A stretch of 64,000 nucleotides of DNA from Psammoneis japonica (Eukaryota): the NCBI GenBank assembly GCA_008632985.1, contig QPGO01000015.1, forward strand, positions 745,998 to 809,997, written 5' to 3'. This document shows positions 1 through 11,800 of this stretch, piece after piece. The notes under the pieces were generated by a model. The model had not been told where the DNA came from. It ran no database searches and saw only the letters and a list, made by a program, of their open reading frames with translations. Within the stretch, counting starts at the first letter, position 1; each line of letters starts with the position of its first letter. A program made the translations under genes and the position numbers.

Positions 1-632
1 GAAAACCTGACATTGCGGCGATCGAAGAAGCGGCGAGTCGAAGCGAGTCATGTTTCTGTTGGAAGCGCCTTAATCGAAGGAGCTTTGCGTCGTCTTCCTC
101 CATGTCCTCATCAACTATGGATGCTTCATAAGATTGAAAATTATGGATCTGTCACAAGCTCACAAGCTCGGGCCGCCATGCGGGGAGCGTACTTTTGAAG
201 TCAACCGAAAATCTACATACATAATACACAACAACTAATATAATAAATTGCGGGGGCAAGAATTTGAAATCTCCGCTCCTGCTCGTGGCTCGTGGCCCCA
301 ATAAATCCGAGGAAATGGTTTTAGTCAAACTTCATAATCAATCGATGCTAATAAGCTGTCCCCTTTCATCAACCTGATGGCTAGGATAACGAAAAGGAAC
401 ACGGTGCTAAAACCTTGATCGTGGCGCACTTGATTGAGGACGACCTCCGTGCTTCGCTACCCTTTTATGATGATCTGCGATGATATCAATATGGCCGTGA
501 CAACTCCTACTGCTTCCTCCTGCTTACGACAGCCACACGTCACTCGTCAACATTAACCCACGCTACGAGTACTACCTCGTATTCTGCATAAGTCGTTGGA
601 TCCTTCACCTCACTTCAATTCTTAATCAGTCT

Positions 633-2618
633 ATGAAAGCCATGCTTCGACTTTCCTTTGCTCTCTGGGGTCTTGGGCTCGCCCTTGTTACCAATGTTCG
701 TCTCTCGTGCGCATTCCAACCAGAGGTATTGTGGCGACGTCAACTGCCTCAGAGCGGGAGCATTCAAGGACCAGGGGTCCGAAAAGGCAACGGTGAGCAC
801 GACAGCTTTCCTCTTTCGTCTTCGCCCTAAATATCGCTCACATTGTCATGTTTGTTTATTCTATCGCTGTATCACCTTTCTAGGCGTGGTGGCCTCCGCG
901 GACGGCAGAACATTGTGGGTCACAAATGATTCTGGTTCTTTATTTGTATATGACTTGCAGAGTTCTGAACCAAGCGAGCCCGTGGAGTACAAAGCCCCTC
1001 CCTTGAGCAACCGAGACACGGAGTGCCGCTCAGCTGTGTCTCTCTTCGAATCAGACGCTGGTGTGACGTATGCCGTTTTTGCTGTAGTTGACATTCCGAA
1101 AGCCACTGAAGATATACCCATCAGCAGGTAAGTCTCATTGTCGGGTCAACTTATCCGGTAACCATTATTCTCACGAAATTTATCCCTTTTTCTCCGTCGT
1201 CAGCCGCGTCTTTGCCGTCAACGGAAATGGTGAAGAGCTCGGGTCACGTCGGTGGAAACGAACAGTTTCTGGAATTGCCGTAGGAACGCCTATTATTAGC
1301 TCGGACGGAAAGAGAGTGTATGTCAGCCACAACAAGAACAATACCGGTACGGGTTCGTTGAGCTGTATAAGTGATGAGGATGACGGAAACATCACATACA
1401 CAACTTCCGAGCACACCGAAATTCCATACGGCCCACCTACTCTGACACTGTTCGACGGTATTGAACACGTGGTCTGGGGAGAATTCACGGATAACGGATA
1501 CTCTGGGAGTGGTCGAATTCATTCGCTAGTTGGCGCGCCCAACGCAGAATCCACTCAGAGTGTAGGGCACTTCATTCAAAGCGCTACTACCGTGGCACCG
1601 ACTTTTTCGTCAGACAGATTATCCATGTGGATGGCAGGCAAATCTTCCACGATATACGGTTGGAGTGCCGCTAATTTCGGCAAAATCCCTCTATGGAAGA
1701 CCCAGCTACCAGTGAGCCTACGAAATGAATCCTATCGTACGTTTCTCGTCAAACACCTTTGGAGAACTCACCAAATGTAGCCCTCTGAGTTCTGACCTAT
1801 TTCTATTGTTCGTCCTCGATTCAGCAATCGTCAACCGCATCGTTGCAAGTGAAGATGACTCGCGCCTTTTTGTTGCTTCAGCGTCGAGATCGTTTCATTG
1901 TCTAAATGCAACAAACGGAAGTGAGATTTGGACGACAGAAAATGGCACCAGTGTTTTCATGACTGCAGCGCGATATTCCCGTAACAACAATGTGGTGTAT
2001 TCAATCGAGGTTCGTCATTCTCCATTGATCTTGTCTTTTTCTTCGTCGTAGTCATCTGACGGATTTTGTGAATCGTCAATACCAGCACTTGGATGGGTCA
2101 ATTATCCAACAGGACGCCAATACTGGGCTGATACAATGGCGCTTTACCTGCAAAGACATCACTGGGAACAGACTTTGTCAGAATAGTGTAGAGGCCGAGT
2201 TTTGGTGAGTCAAGAGTGCTCTGCTCTGCAATGAGTTTTTCGCGGAAAACCGATTTTCCTGACACTTCCACTTCTTTCCAGTCTTTCGGCTGATAAGACA
2301 ATCCTCTATTTTGCAGACATATACGGGAGTCTCAATGCAATTCGTGTCTCCGACCCTATTCCAACCGCTGCACCTTCAGAGACGCCGTCAAGGCTCCCTT
2401 CAAGCGTCCCATCCACAACACCGTCAGATTCACCATCCTCTTACCCAACTAATTCGCCCTCCCAACACCCATCGAATGCCCCTTCTGAAGATGGAAATGG
2501 ATTTCCGACGCCGAGTTCCGCTCGCACATTTGCATCTGGGTCAGTCACGCGCCACAGTAGACCAACGTTTTTGTTGACGGCAGTATCCGCCGTTCTTCTA
2601 GTCCTGAAAGAAGTTTGA
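633..2618 (+). CDS. Secreted or surface protein with PQQ-like beta-propeller repeats, a Ser/Pro/Thr stalk and a hydrophobic C-terminus (multi-exon)
   Basis: Signal peptide MKAMLRLSFALWGLGLALVT. GT-AG introns join ORFs 658-1131, 1088-1780 and 1725-2051. Propeller-like motifs GTPIISSDGKRVYV and FHCLNATNGSEIW. The last exon reads PTAAPSETPS...FLLTAVSAVLLVLKEV then TGA at 2616-2618. Confidence 0.7.
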
Positions 2619-2741
2619 CGTTTCAGAATTCAGCCTGATATTGGGTTAAGAACGAAACGCGACTGGAGGTGGGATGTATGCGCGACTGGGAATCCATAGT
2701 AGCATTCTGGTTTTCAATTGCTTAGTCGTTCTCTTCTTCTT

Positions 2742-4692
2742 TCAAACAGAAGCTATGTAAGAAGACTGAGATCTCCGAGAAACCTGCTCTTGAGTGCAGT
2801 GTTTTGGAACAAGCCGTATCGATCCCTTCCCGTCCTTCGGCAGTATAATATCTACCACATCTCCAGCATGATAGGCGATAAAATCTTTCAGTGTCCGGGT
2901 GCGACCATCCGCAAAGGCTTCGTCTTTGTCAGGAAAGGGAGTGTCCGGCCACACCTGTCGCCATTTCTTTCTGACGTTGCTGAAACCACGTCGAAGCATC
3001 CATTTACGAGGCTACAAGTGAGATCACAACAAAAATCAGATGCATCCTTATGAATCTCCTTACCTCATATCCAGACCCTTTTCGCCGTACTCAAGCAAGA
3101 CTGCAATGAGACGGGCCTTGAAGCAAACGATGTCTTGTGGTACCTCCTCTTGCTCGCCGGTTGCCTGACTGAGCTCGAGCATGAGATTTAACGAATGGGC
3201 AGGGTTAACTTGGACCCCGTGTCCGTTACGTTCAACCAAGTGTTGGTATGCTGTATGCAATTCCTCAAAGTCCACCCGGTGCAATTCATTGCTGTCTGAT
3301 GATACATCCGGTCTATGATGTAATCGATCGGGATGTACTTGTCGGGCTTTCACTAAATAAGCTTTGCGAATTTCTTCTCGATTCGCTCCCACCGGAACTC
3401 CAAGGATTTTGCATGACCTTGCCCTGGAGGAACTACACTCCTCTCTCAAAAACCTAGCCACCTCCGAATGCCTTTCGGTGTTCGCCATGTCTGCCAAATC
3501 TGCGGCATAATTCCCAGCATTGTCCTGAAACTCGTCTGTAAGGCCGAACTCGTCTCGCAAGAAACGAAGCAGGGCACCGTGTCCTCCCCATGCAGCCTAA
3601 GTAAAGAGAAATGAACGTTGCGGCATGACATCACATGAGACCCTTCACCCGAAATTGACTAGCAAGTTCTTTCCGACTTATAATGAGTTGGAAACGCACT
3701 TTGTGCATCGCTGTATGCCCTTGACGCTGTCTGTGTAGAAAGTTGACACCTTCTTGACGAGCCAGCCACTGTGCGAGAGGAAGTAACCCGCTACCGTTCT
3801 TTTCCTGGTTTTCGTCTACATCATTGCTTTTATCTGCACGGCTTATTGGGCATATCCCAATCCAGTGTATTGCACCGCAGTCAAAGTCATTCACTTGTGC
3901 CGGGTCGACACCGTGGAACTCAACCTGGCATTTCCGGCACAGAAGTAGAGAGTTGCACGTTGGTTGAGAGATTTCATAGAGAACCAACAGCAAAAAAGAA
4001 TCACTCACGCACCAACCATTTACAAATATCGATTCGATTTTGCCATACTGCGAGCTGAAACGGGGAAACCCCGTGCTTTGCACGAGCGTTAACATTTGCA
4101 CCTGAGATCATACGAGACAGATTGATCGAGCATTGAGCATAGGCCAGCCAGCGCCAGTAAGCAAAAAACGAATGCCTCAAGATATGAGTAGACTAACCGA
4201 GTTGCGTAAGGAGTTCTGCCGCCTCGAAATTCCCATTGCGGCAGGCGTAATGCAGTGGTGTCCTCCCTCGTGCTTTTCGCGTGGCCAGCGTGTCGACATG
4301 AAAGGATCGTTCTTTCACTAGATAGCTAATGGCCCCGATTTTGTTGCTCCCCCTGACATTAGACGTGAGCTGGAACGTGAGAAAGAAAGACGACAGAAGA
4401 AGAAGAAGAAGAAGAAGAAGAAGAAATATACTTACGCAGCCCAATGAAGTGCTGTGCATCCTACGCAATTTTTTGATATGTGTACAAGGTTGAGGTTGGA
4501 GCATTTGCAGTCAAGTGGACGATTGAGTCCTACAACAAATTGTGCATCAGTCGTTCTTAACTCACCTGACTTGCACCGTGCATCATTCAAGCCGCTATCT
4601 GATAAGGTTTCAAGATATTCAAGATCCTCATTCACTGCTGCTTCAAGGACCAATCTAGCTCCTTCAGAATTAGCGCGAATCATCATTTCCAT
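2742..4692 (-). CDS. Ankyrin-repeat plus DnaJ-domain protein with a possible C-terminal LOTUS/OST-HTH-like domain (multi-exon)
   Basis: Ankyrin motifs GCTALHWAA, GRTPLHYACRNG and GHTAMHK. J-domain ILGVPVGANREEIRKAYLVKARQVHPD...FEELHTAYQHL. Tail LLEYGEKGLD/SNVRKKWRQVWPDTPFP...LKDFIAYHAGDVVDI. Confidence 0.75.
4395..4425. repeat. (AGA)n microsatellite, about 10 units, intronic
   Basis: Direct reading of the agaagaaga tract. Confidence 0.9.
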
Positions 4693-5227
4693 CGTTGTCG
4701 CAACACCCAATCAAACAAAGTTAGGGCCTACTGTACTCTAAAACAGAACCATGCATCATCCATCCAAGCAACGCAACACCGAAGCACGAAGTGACAGACG
4801 CATTCATAAAAAATTTATGTTTTTTTCATGAAAATGATGAAACGTTCGAAAATTTGGATTGGGTCGGCGCGATCGTGTAGAAAATATACTATGTCCTACG
4901 TTGGCATGCAAGAACACGAAAGAATATCCTTGTCGAGTCCTGCATCCATCATCCATCATGCTTTTATGATAACAAAGCATGGCTATTTGTAGAAACAGAC
5001 GATGGTGATAGGTCAGGCAGATTGCGACGAATGCCTCTTCACATGCACGGATTGTATTGTTGCGACGTAACAGTCTTTTTTCAAAATTCCTCTTGCAAGT
5101 AAGGTTATTTCATCATTGTATGAGATCTTTCGCGAGCAAGTAAATCATGTCGATGTCATCCTTTGAGTCAGATTGCATCGTCCATCTTGCTTTTTACAGC
5201 GCATACTGTCGGTTTCGTGTGCCAAAG

Positions 5228-5829
5228 ATGTATCGCTATGCGGTGGAGGGAAAATGGCATAAGATTCCAAATAGATGCCACACACACCCTAAAGAAAGTA
5301 AGTTTGTGCATAAATACGCTCCCAACGACACGGCGTTGCATCGAATGGTGAGACCTCCGGAAAAGGCAGGAATGGAAGTAATTGCTTCCAGGATCGGACA
5401 GAATGGATTGGAAGAAGTATCCCAGATGCGGTTGCTCGCAATGGAGGCAATTCTTAGCACATGTCCCTCGGTTGCGTCGATGACAGACCACCTAGGAAGA
5501 ACTCCGTTGCATCTTGCCTGCATGGATCTTTCATACTCGTGTGGCGCTGCCGAGTTGCTGCTCAAGGCATGTCCAATGTCTGCATCTGTACAAGACGCGT
5601 TCGGGAAGACTCCCCTCCACTACATCGTATCTACGAACCAAAAGAATTCTAGCCTCATCCTAAAAAGCTGATGAAAGCCTTCCCAAAGGCTGCGACGTTG
5701 CACGACAAAGACGGACAATCTCCTCTTGCGATTCTCGAAGAAAGCAGGAGATCGTCAGTGAATGCATATGAAACGATAAATGCTTCCGACCCAGGCTCAA
5801 GAAACCTACAGAGCAGCACTGTTCACTAG
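5228..5829 (+). CDS. Ankyrin-repeat protein with an apparent 1 bp frameshift in an A run near 5662
   Basis: Motifs NDTALHR, LGRTPLHLAC and FGKTPLHY. Adding one A to ctaaaaag continues the frame as LKKLMKAFPKAATLHDKDGQSPL. Confidence 0.7.
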
Positions 5830-5930
5830 CGATGCTTCGCGAACCGCCAGAGTTGACTCTTTCTTGTTCATGCATGCAGCCCACGAGCGTAGCAGGGGAA
5901 TCTATTACTAAAGTAAATACTGGTAGCTCT

Positions 5931-7584
5931 TTATGGTCTCAGAGCCTCGATCTTTTTCGCGGGTTCACTGGCTCCATTAACAACTGAATCTTCGTACTCG
6001 TCGTCACCACCCTCTTCCCTCTCTCGGTCGGTCGTGGACCCAGCGTCTTTTGTTTCTTCGGGATCAATGTGGAACGCTGTTTCACGAATGAACTCATCTG
6101 CGAGGACATCGCGACGTATGGCATCACAAAGAATCGAAAGTCTCAATGTGCCTTGAAATGGGTCTTCAATACTATAACCAATTTCATAAACTCCGAATAA
6201 CAGCCAAGAAACAACGAATACAACTGGACCAGTAAGTAACCCTAGGTTTTTCACCAATGCAAACGGTAGAGACCACAGCCACACCGTCAAACTGCGCAGG
6301 GAATGACGTGCATAGTTCAAGGGCACTACAGTTTGGTGAATGCGCTCGCAGGCTCCAATGGCGTGACTCAGCTTCCCCACAAGGCCAATAAGTGCCAGCC
6401 GCTCTCTTGCACTGAAATTCGGGCCATCTGGAACCGTACGAAGTTCAAATGACATTCGATCGCACACCCACAAAGGACGGTTCTGGGCCCTAGCGCATTT
6501 TTGTAACGCGTCAGATGGCAGCAGCCGCCACGGCAAGGCTCGTTTGTCAACCCAGTAGAGTGGTCGTGGCTTACGGCGCGACTTTCCCGTTGTTTCTTCT
6601 ACTGTCGCCAGTGCCGCCGCCTCCGCGTCGGTATCAATCGCAGCAACGTCTCTATACAACAATATCGAATTCTCCGGATCACGTTGATACTGCGTGTCAT
6701 CTAGTCGACGCATGACCAGGTCAGGTCGAATTCGATGTCTGAGCAAGTATGGAAATGCGGCAAGCAGCTTCTGAACGCGTCTTCTCTTTTCTACGCCGAT
6801 TTCGTTTTCGTACAGAACAATCATTCGAAATAAATCCCTTGACGAATTAGTTATTGTTTCCCAGATCTTGCGCCCCTCCTGTATTTTGTTTTTGATCCAA
6901 AGTATGCGGTGAGACAAAACTGGGACGCAGCATTTCAGTCCCAACTGGATTTCCCGATGAAGAAGCAACTTACCGCAAATCTTTGATAGGCTGAATTTGT
7001 TCGAAACACCAGCAGAAGACCCAAAGCGCTCACCGTAAGGGAATGAGGTGCCGACGGGAGACACAACCGGTTCGCCATGGTAGTAAGGCCACGCTTCAAG
7101 AAACTATTGTGTAACATGGAAATGAAGGTCGCCCATGACGTCATTGCAATTACTGGACTACGAATGTCTCGTAAAATAGCCGAATTTGGTAAGCTCTTGG
7201 CATTATGAAACCAATCTCTACGCATGAGGACAGCGGCATTGGATATTGTGAGAACAACGAGTATACAAAGATCTTAAGCACCTCCTACTGTACCCACTTG
7301 GAAGAATATCGATCCGAACGTGGAAGGCCCCCAAAAGCCTCATCCTCTCTCATTCTGACATCAGCTACACCCCGAGTCCCCCCTCTCATCCATACCAACC
7401 ATCGTGTTTTATCTGGATCACTTGACTCTTCGTTAAAACTGATGCGAAATGGATCAAGCATTCGATGCGGATTTTCTCTTGTTGGTTTTGTGCTCAAATT
7501 TGGGAGCGCTGGGAGTTGCGTCGGAGAGATAAATGCACTTGCACCACGAGAGATGAAAGCCACAGTTATTAATGCCCCCATCAT
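5931..7584 (-). CDS. Plastid-targeted bestrophin-like (UPF0187) anion channel (multi-exon)
   Basis: Presequence MMGALITVAFISRGASAF. Family motifs LGLLLVFRTNSAYQRF, EGRKIW, GACERIHQTVVPLNYARH and EIGYSIEDPF. Confidence 0.88.
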
Positions 7585-8048
7585 AAAGCGATGCCGCTGT
7601 AATATGTGCGCTTGAAAGCAATCTGGGCTTGTCTCCCGATGAATGAACACGTGTCGTCCGTCGGCGCATGGACAGCCGAAAATCGCCATAATTTCCCTTA
7701 CTCTAGCGTATTCTACTCCAAGCTCCAAGCACTGTCCAACACGCCTTCTCCGTCGTTCTATCCAACAAAAACACCGCCACACATACAGCGCCTCGGCAAA
7801 TTGGAAACCTGAAACGCTGCGAACGAACCCATGCACGGAGTACAGTGCTGTAACCTGCGCTTTGTCGCTTCTTGTTTTGGCAGGCTTGCATCTCCCAATC
7901 AACGCGCGTGTTCCTGAGCGCGCGGTCGCTCAAAGCTGACATCATGGATGACGATTGTGTTCGACGTCATCATATGATCTGCTGACATCAGAGGGGCAGC
8001 TTAGCCGGCGTAACGTCTGTATTTAACAGTACAGTATTCGAGCCTTAA

Positions 8049-8444
8049 GGGGGGTCATCCCCGCGTTTATCCTAAAATTACCGTTGCATTTGAATAAGGT
8101 TTTTTATATAGTGTTTATTTTTGAATACAAGAATTATTCATAGTCACACCCGATCGCGCACGAAAACGAGAACCATCACCACCGCGACCGAAGCACGACG
8201 ATGATGACAATCATCGATATTTCTCAAAAACGTAGTTTGCCGTCTACCAACTTTTCATGTATATACAATCTTTGATACATAACAAACATAAAATAAATGA
8301 GAGTTGGTAGACGGACCACCTCCGTCACAGACTTATGGCTTGTTGTTTTCACCACGGTGAAGCACGGTGAAATTCAGGAAAAATCATGCAAAATACGAGC
8401 TATTCGGCCGAATTCGAGCTAAAAACAGTAGCAACCGACCACCC
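8049..8444. mobile_element. Possible small TTAA-flanked non-autonomous DNA element
   Basis: ttaa-ggggggtc ... gaccaccc-ttaa, a 7/8 inverted match. Internal imperfect inverted repeat at 8240-8262 and 8293-8314. Weak support. Confidence 0.3.
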
Positions 8445-8620
8445 TTAATAATTCTAATCAGAACAATGGATTTCGCTCGCTCGCTCACCTCGGAGGTGAG
8501 TGACGTCCTCATAGTGAAATCGCGTGAACCCCGCGTGAACCAGGCATTCCTCAAGATTTATTCGCAGAATACTGTACAGTAAAAAATAGAAAAGCACTCC
8601 CATCCAACTGGCAGAAAAGC

Positions 8621-9682
8621 CAGAAAACGTATCTACGGTATGGTAAGTGCGGTCATAACGGCGGTATGGAAATCTGATTGGACAAACGACGTCAGCTATG
8701 AACTTTATTCTTCACAATAAGTAATGTTGACATCATTATTGCCCCCCAGCACCTGCCAGCATCGCGCAGATACCTACTACTAGTACCGGTAGACCCTACT
8801 GTACTGTATGATACAAGTATAGGTACGAGTACCGATAGGGCCCTACGTACGTACAAGTAGCACTCACTCAACACTGGATCAGACGCATCACGTCAAGTAC
8901 TGAAGCCGCACGTAGAATTGTACGTGGAATGAGATGTGGTTTTTTGTGCAAGTCGCCATGGCGGTGTGTGGTTGTTTTGGACAACTTCTCTCGACTTTAT
9001 GACTGTAGAAGTAGGATCAATCGATAATGTGAAGTAGTTATGACATGTGTAGAGAAGGAAATGGTAACGCTTTGCGTAATTCTTTCCAAAATGGACCTGT
9101 TGTATTGCAAGAATTTTCAGGTCTTTTCATGCATCGCAGAAAGCCATGCATAAGGTCCCTAAACTAGATCTCTATGACACAGAAACTGCCGTACAGAGTA
9201 ATTTACACATGGAGGATTGAACGGTGTTATTTGTAAGTTAAATGATTTTAGAGTAGGTAGACTAAATGGCCCGAGAAGGACGGTGCAAAACTTTCTACTT
9301 GAAAGTTGCTGAAATTATCCCATAAGAGGGTCGCACTTGCATTGAACAAAAAGAGACACAACACACGTACTAACAAAAATGCTGCGGTTCTAATGGTGTT
9401 ATTCTTATGCTCACCAGTCCGAAAGTTGCCGCTGTCATGGGCGGTTCGTGCTGTTTGTGTATCATGATGTGTTGTGTTGCTGAGTCTCTTGGGACTTGTG
9501 AATGTTTCAAGTTGGGCGCAGAGCAAATCGCCACGGCCGGGCGGCGGGGCGGATGGTGGGGTAAGGATGATGTCATCATTACTTATTGTGAACAACAAGG
9601 TTCTTAGCTGACGTCGTTTATCCAATCAGATTTCCATACCGCCGTTATGACCGCACTTACCATACCGCAGATACGTTTTCTG
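8621..9682. mobile_element. Mutator (MULE)-type non-autonomous element / MITE, 1062 bp
   Basis: 78 bp TIRs (8621-8698 and 9605-9682) with 2 mismatches. Perfect 9 bp TSD cagaaaagc at 8612-8620 and 9683-9691. No transposase. Confidence 0.9.
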
Positions 9683-9825
9683 CAGAAAAGCAACGCAACG
9701 GTGTCGCGTCGTCCACATCATTCAAGATAAACATACCGGTAGCTTCTCAAGAGTTCTTTTTCCAGGAACACTGCGACGATGCGCAGAGCAAGCTCACTGT
9801 ATTCATCAATGACTAGTACCATAAC

Positions 9826-11012
9826 ATGGAACCTATAGAAGACAGTAAGTTAACTAATGCTGAATGCTTGGATTGTTTGGAATTTGGAGCAAAGTGGGCG
9901 TTTGTCGTTTGACGATGGGCATCGCTGATGTGCGAGGTCGCTGATTTTGATCCTTTAGGGCGGCCCGAATGTGGCAGACGTCCAAGCTGATGTCATGTCA
10001 TCTCTTGTATTCTTACGTTTCTTTCATTTCCCTCATCCTTAGATATTCCTTGTGGAGAAATGGAGAAAGGCGAAGGCCTATCAAGATACTTACGCTCGAC
10101 GCAACAAAGCGCCGATTCGTCTCTTTTTCGAAACTACATGCTTTTTGTAGCAATCACAATTGGGTTATTGGTTATCCTGACGATATGCGTTTGCTTCCTA
10201 CAAGTCTATTGCAAGCGATACTTTGGAATCAACTGCTGTCCAGGTGCAGGAAATGTCACGTCAAGGTCAGTTCGACTGGAGCGTATAAGAGCATATCAAC
10301 AAGCCAGCGCAGCAGCGGAGCTACAACAACAACTCGAAGAAGAAGCGGTTCAACAAAACATCCAAGAGAAAAGACTAGAACGGCGGAAGAGATACAAGGG
10401 ACTTTTGGTTCATAATACAATGGTGAGATCTGACTGCTCGTTTCTTGTGCATGCTACAGCTCGGGGATGTTTTTGTCAGCTCTCTTGAAACTCACTATCT
10501 CGGTTTCCGCCGCGACTAATTTCAAGGTGGTATCTAAAAGTGACCTCATTCATGAGGAAGTACCAAAATCTCCAAGCCGCGATGCAAAGAGAGACATAGA
10601 ATCTCACGAAAAGAACCTGAACCTTTCCGAAGCCTTCGTGTTGGCTCTACCTGTGAAAGATGCTTGCGGCAAATCACGTCATGTCGCTGGTCATTGTGCT
10701 GTCTGCATAGCAGAGTACGAGCCTGGTGATCACGTTGTTTGGTCCACGAGCAAAAGTTGTCCCCACGTCTTTCATGAAGAATGCATTCTCATGTGGCTTA
10801 GCAAAGGCAAGAAGCGATGTCCAATCTGCAGAAATGTGTTTGTTCCGTCGAGCAACGTTACGAGCAAGGACAACAAAGAGACTGCAAATGGAACTGAGGG
10901 TGATAGAACAGAGCAAGTCCATGACCGGGGGATTGAATCAGATGGAAGTACTCTCAGTGGTAGTGCCGTTACTGCAGCACCCACATTGAGTTTGGATCAA
11001 GAGAATCCGTAG
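9826..11012 (+). CDS. Transmembrane RING-H2 E3 ubiquitin ligase (ATL-like), 3 exons
   Basis: TM helix YMLFVAITIGLLVILTICVCFL. RING-H2 CAVCIAEY...CPHVFHEECILMWL...CPICR. Introns start gtaagt near 9845 and gtgaga near 10423. Confidence 0.85.
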
Positions 11013-11308
11013 TTTTGGTCAAGTTCTTCCTTTTTTTTTGACATTTAATTTTTACACTATGGTAGATTTCTTAGACGCAGCACAGAGTGATCGCATGTAA
11101 TTGCTTGGAGTTTCAAAACTCTTCTATACTGTCTAGGCTCTGTCTTTCGTAACACTGTAAAGGAAAATTTTCATGCGTGTTCACTTAACTTCAAAACATA
11201 AGCAAATGCGGCACGCGCTTTCGTGCCGTTTGGTCACATGATCCCTTGCGCCGACTCCAATCACGCTTCCTGTTGTCGACAAGGACAAGGAGAAACCAAC
11301 GAGGTAGA

Positions 11309-11800
11309 TCACCCGGAGCACCGCCGTTCAAAAATTAACCAACCTGATCCCATTCTCTTGTTTCGGCAATGTGCTGATGTGTCCCAACTCGCTCGATCAG
11401 CAACTGGTAAATCAGCAGTCACATTATAAAAACTGCTTGCTACAGCCATGACAGTCCCATCTGCAGATAATGCGACCTTGCTGCCAAAGAAATCCCCTGG
11501 CTGGTCCATTCCGAGAGTTTGACCACATTGTGTCCAAGTCGATGTTTTGTGGTCATTGTGAACCACAGCTCTCTTGTTTTGCGTCTTGGTGCACCGACCG
11601 CCGCAACCAACCTTGTGCGTTCAAAAGAAAGAGAGAATCCAATTTCACCATTGATGACTTGTCCATTGATTGGATCACCCACTGGATCCTTTAATGATGA
11701 TGCAGAATTGAATTCATGCACAGAGACCTGTCCAGAATCCTCTCCACTGAAATCAATTCTGGGTGCCACAAATGCCAAAAAGCTTGCCTGAGCTGCTCAA
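11309..11800 (-). pseudogene. Degenerate FG-GAP-like beta-propeller repeat gene fragment at the edge of a transposon block
   Basis: WTQCGQTLGMDQPGDFFGSKVALSADGTVMAVAS and VGDPINGQVINGEIGFSLS...AVGAP lie in different frames. No start or signal peptide is visible. Confidence 0.6.
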
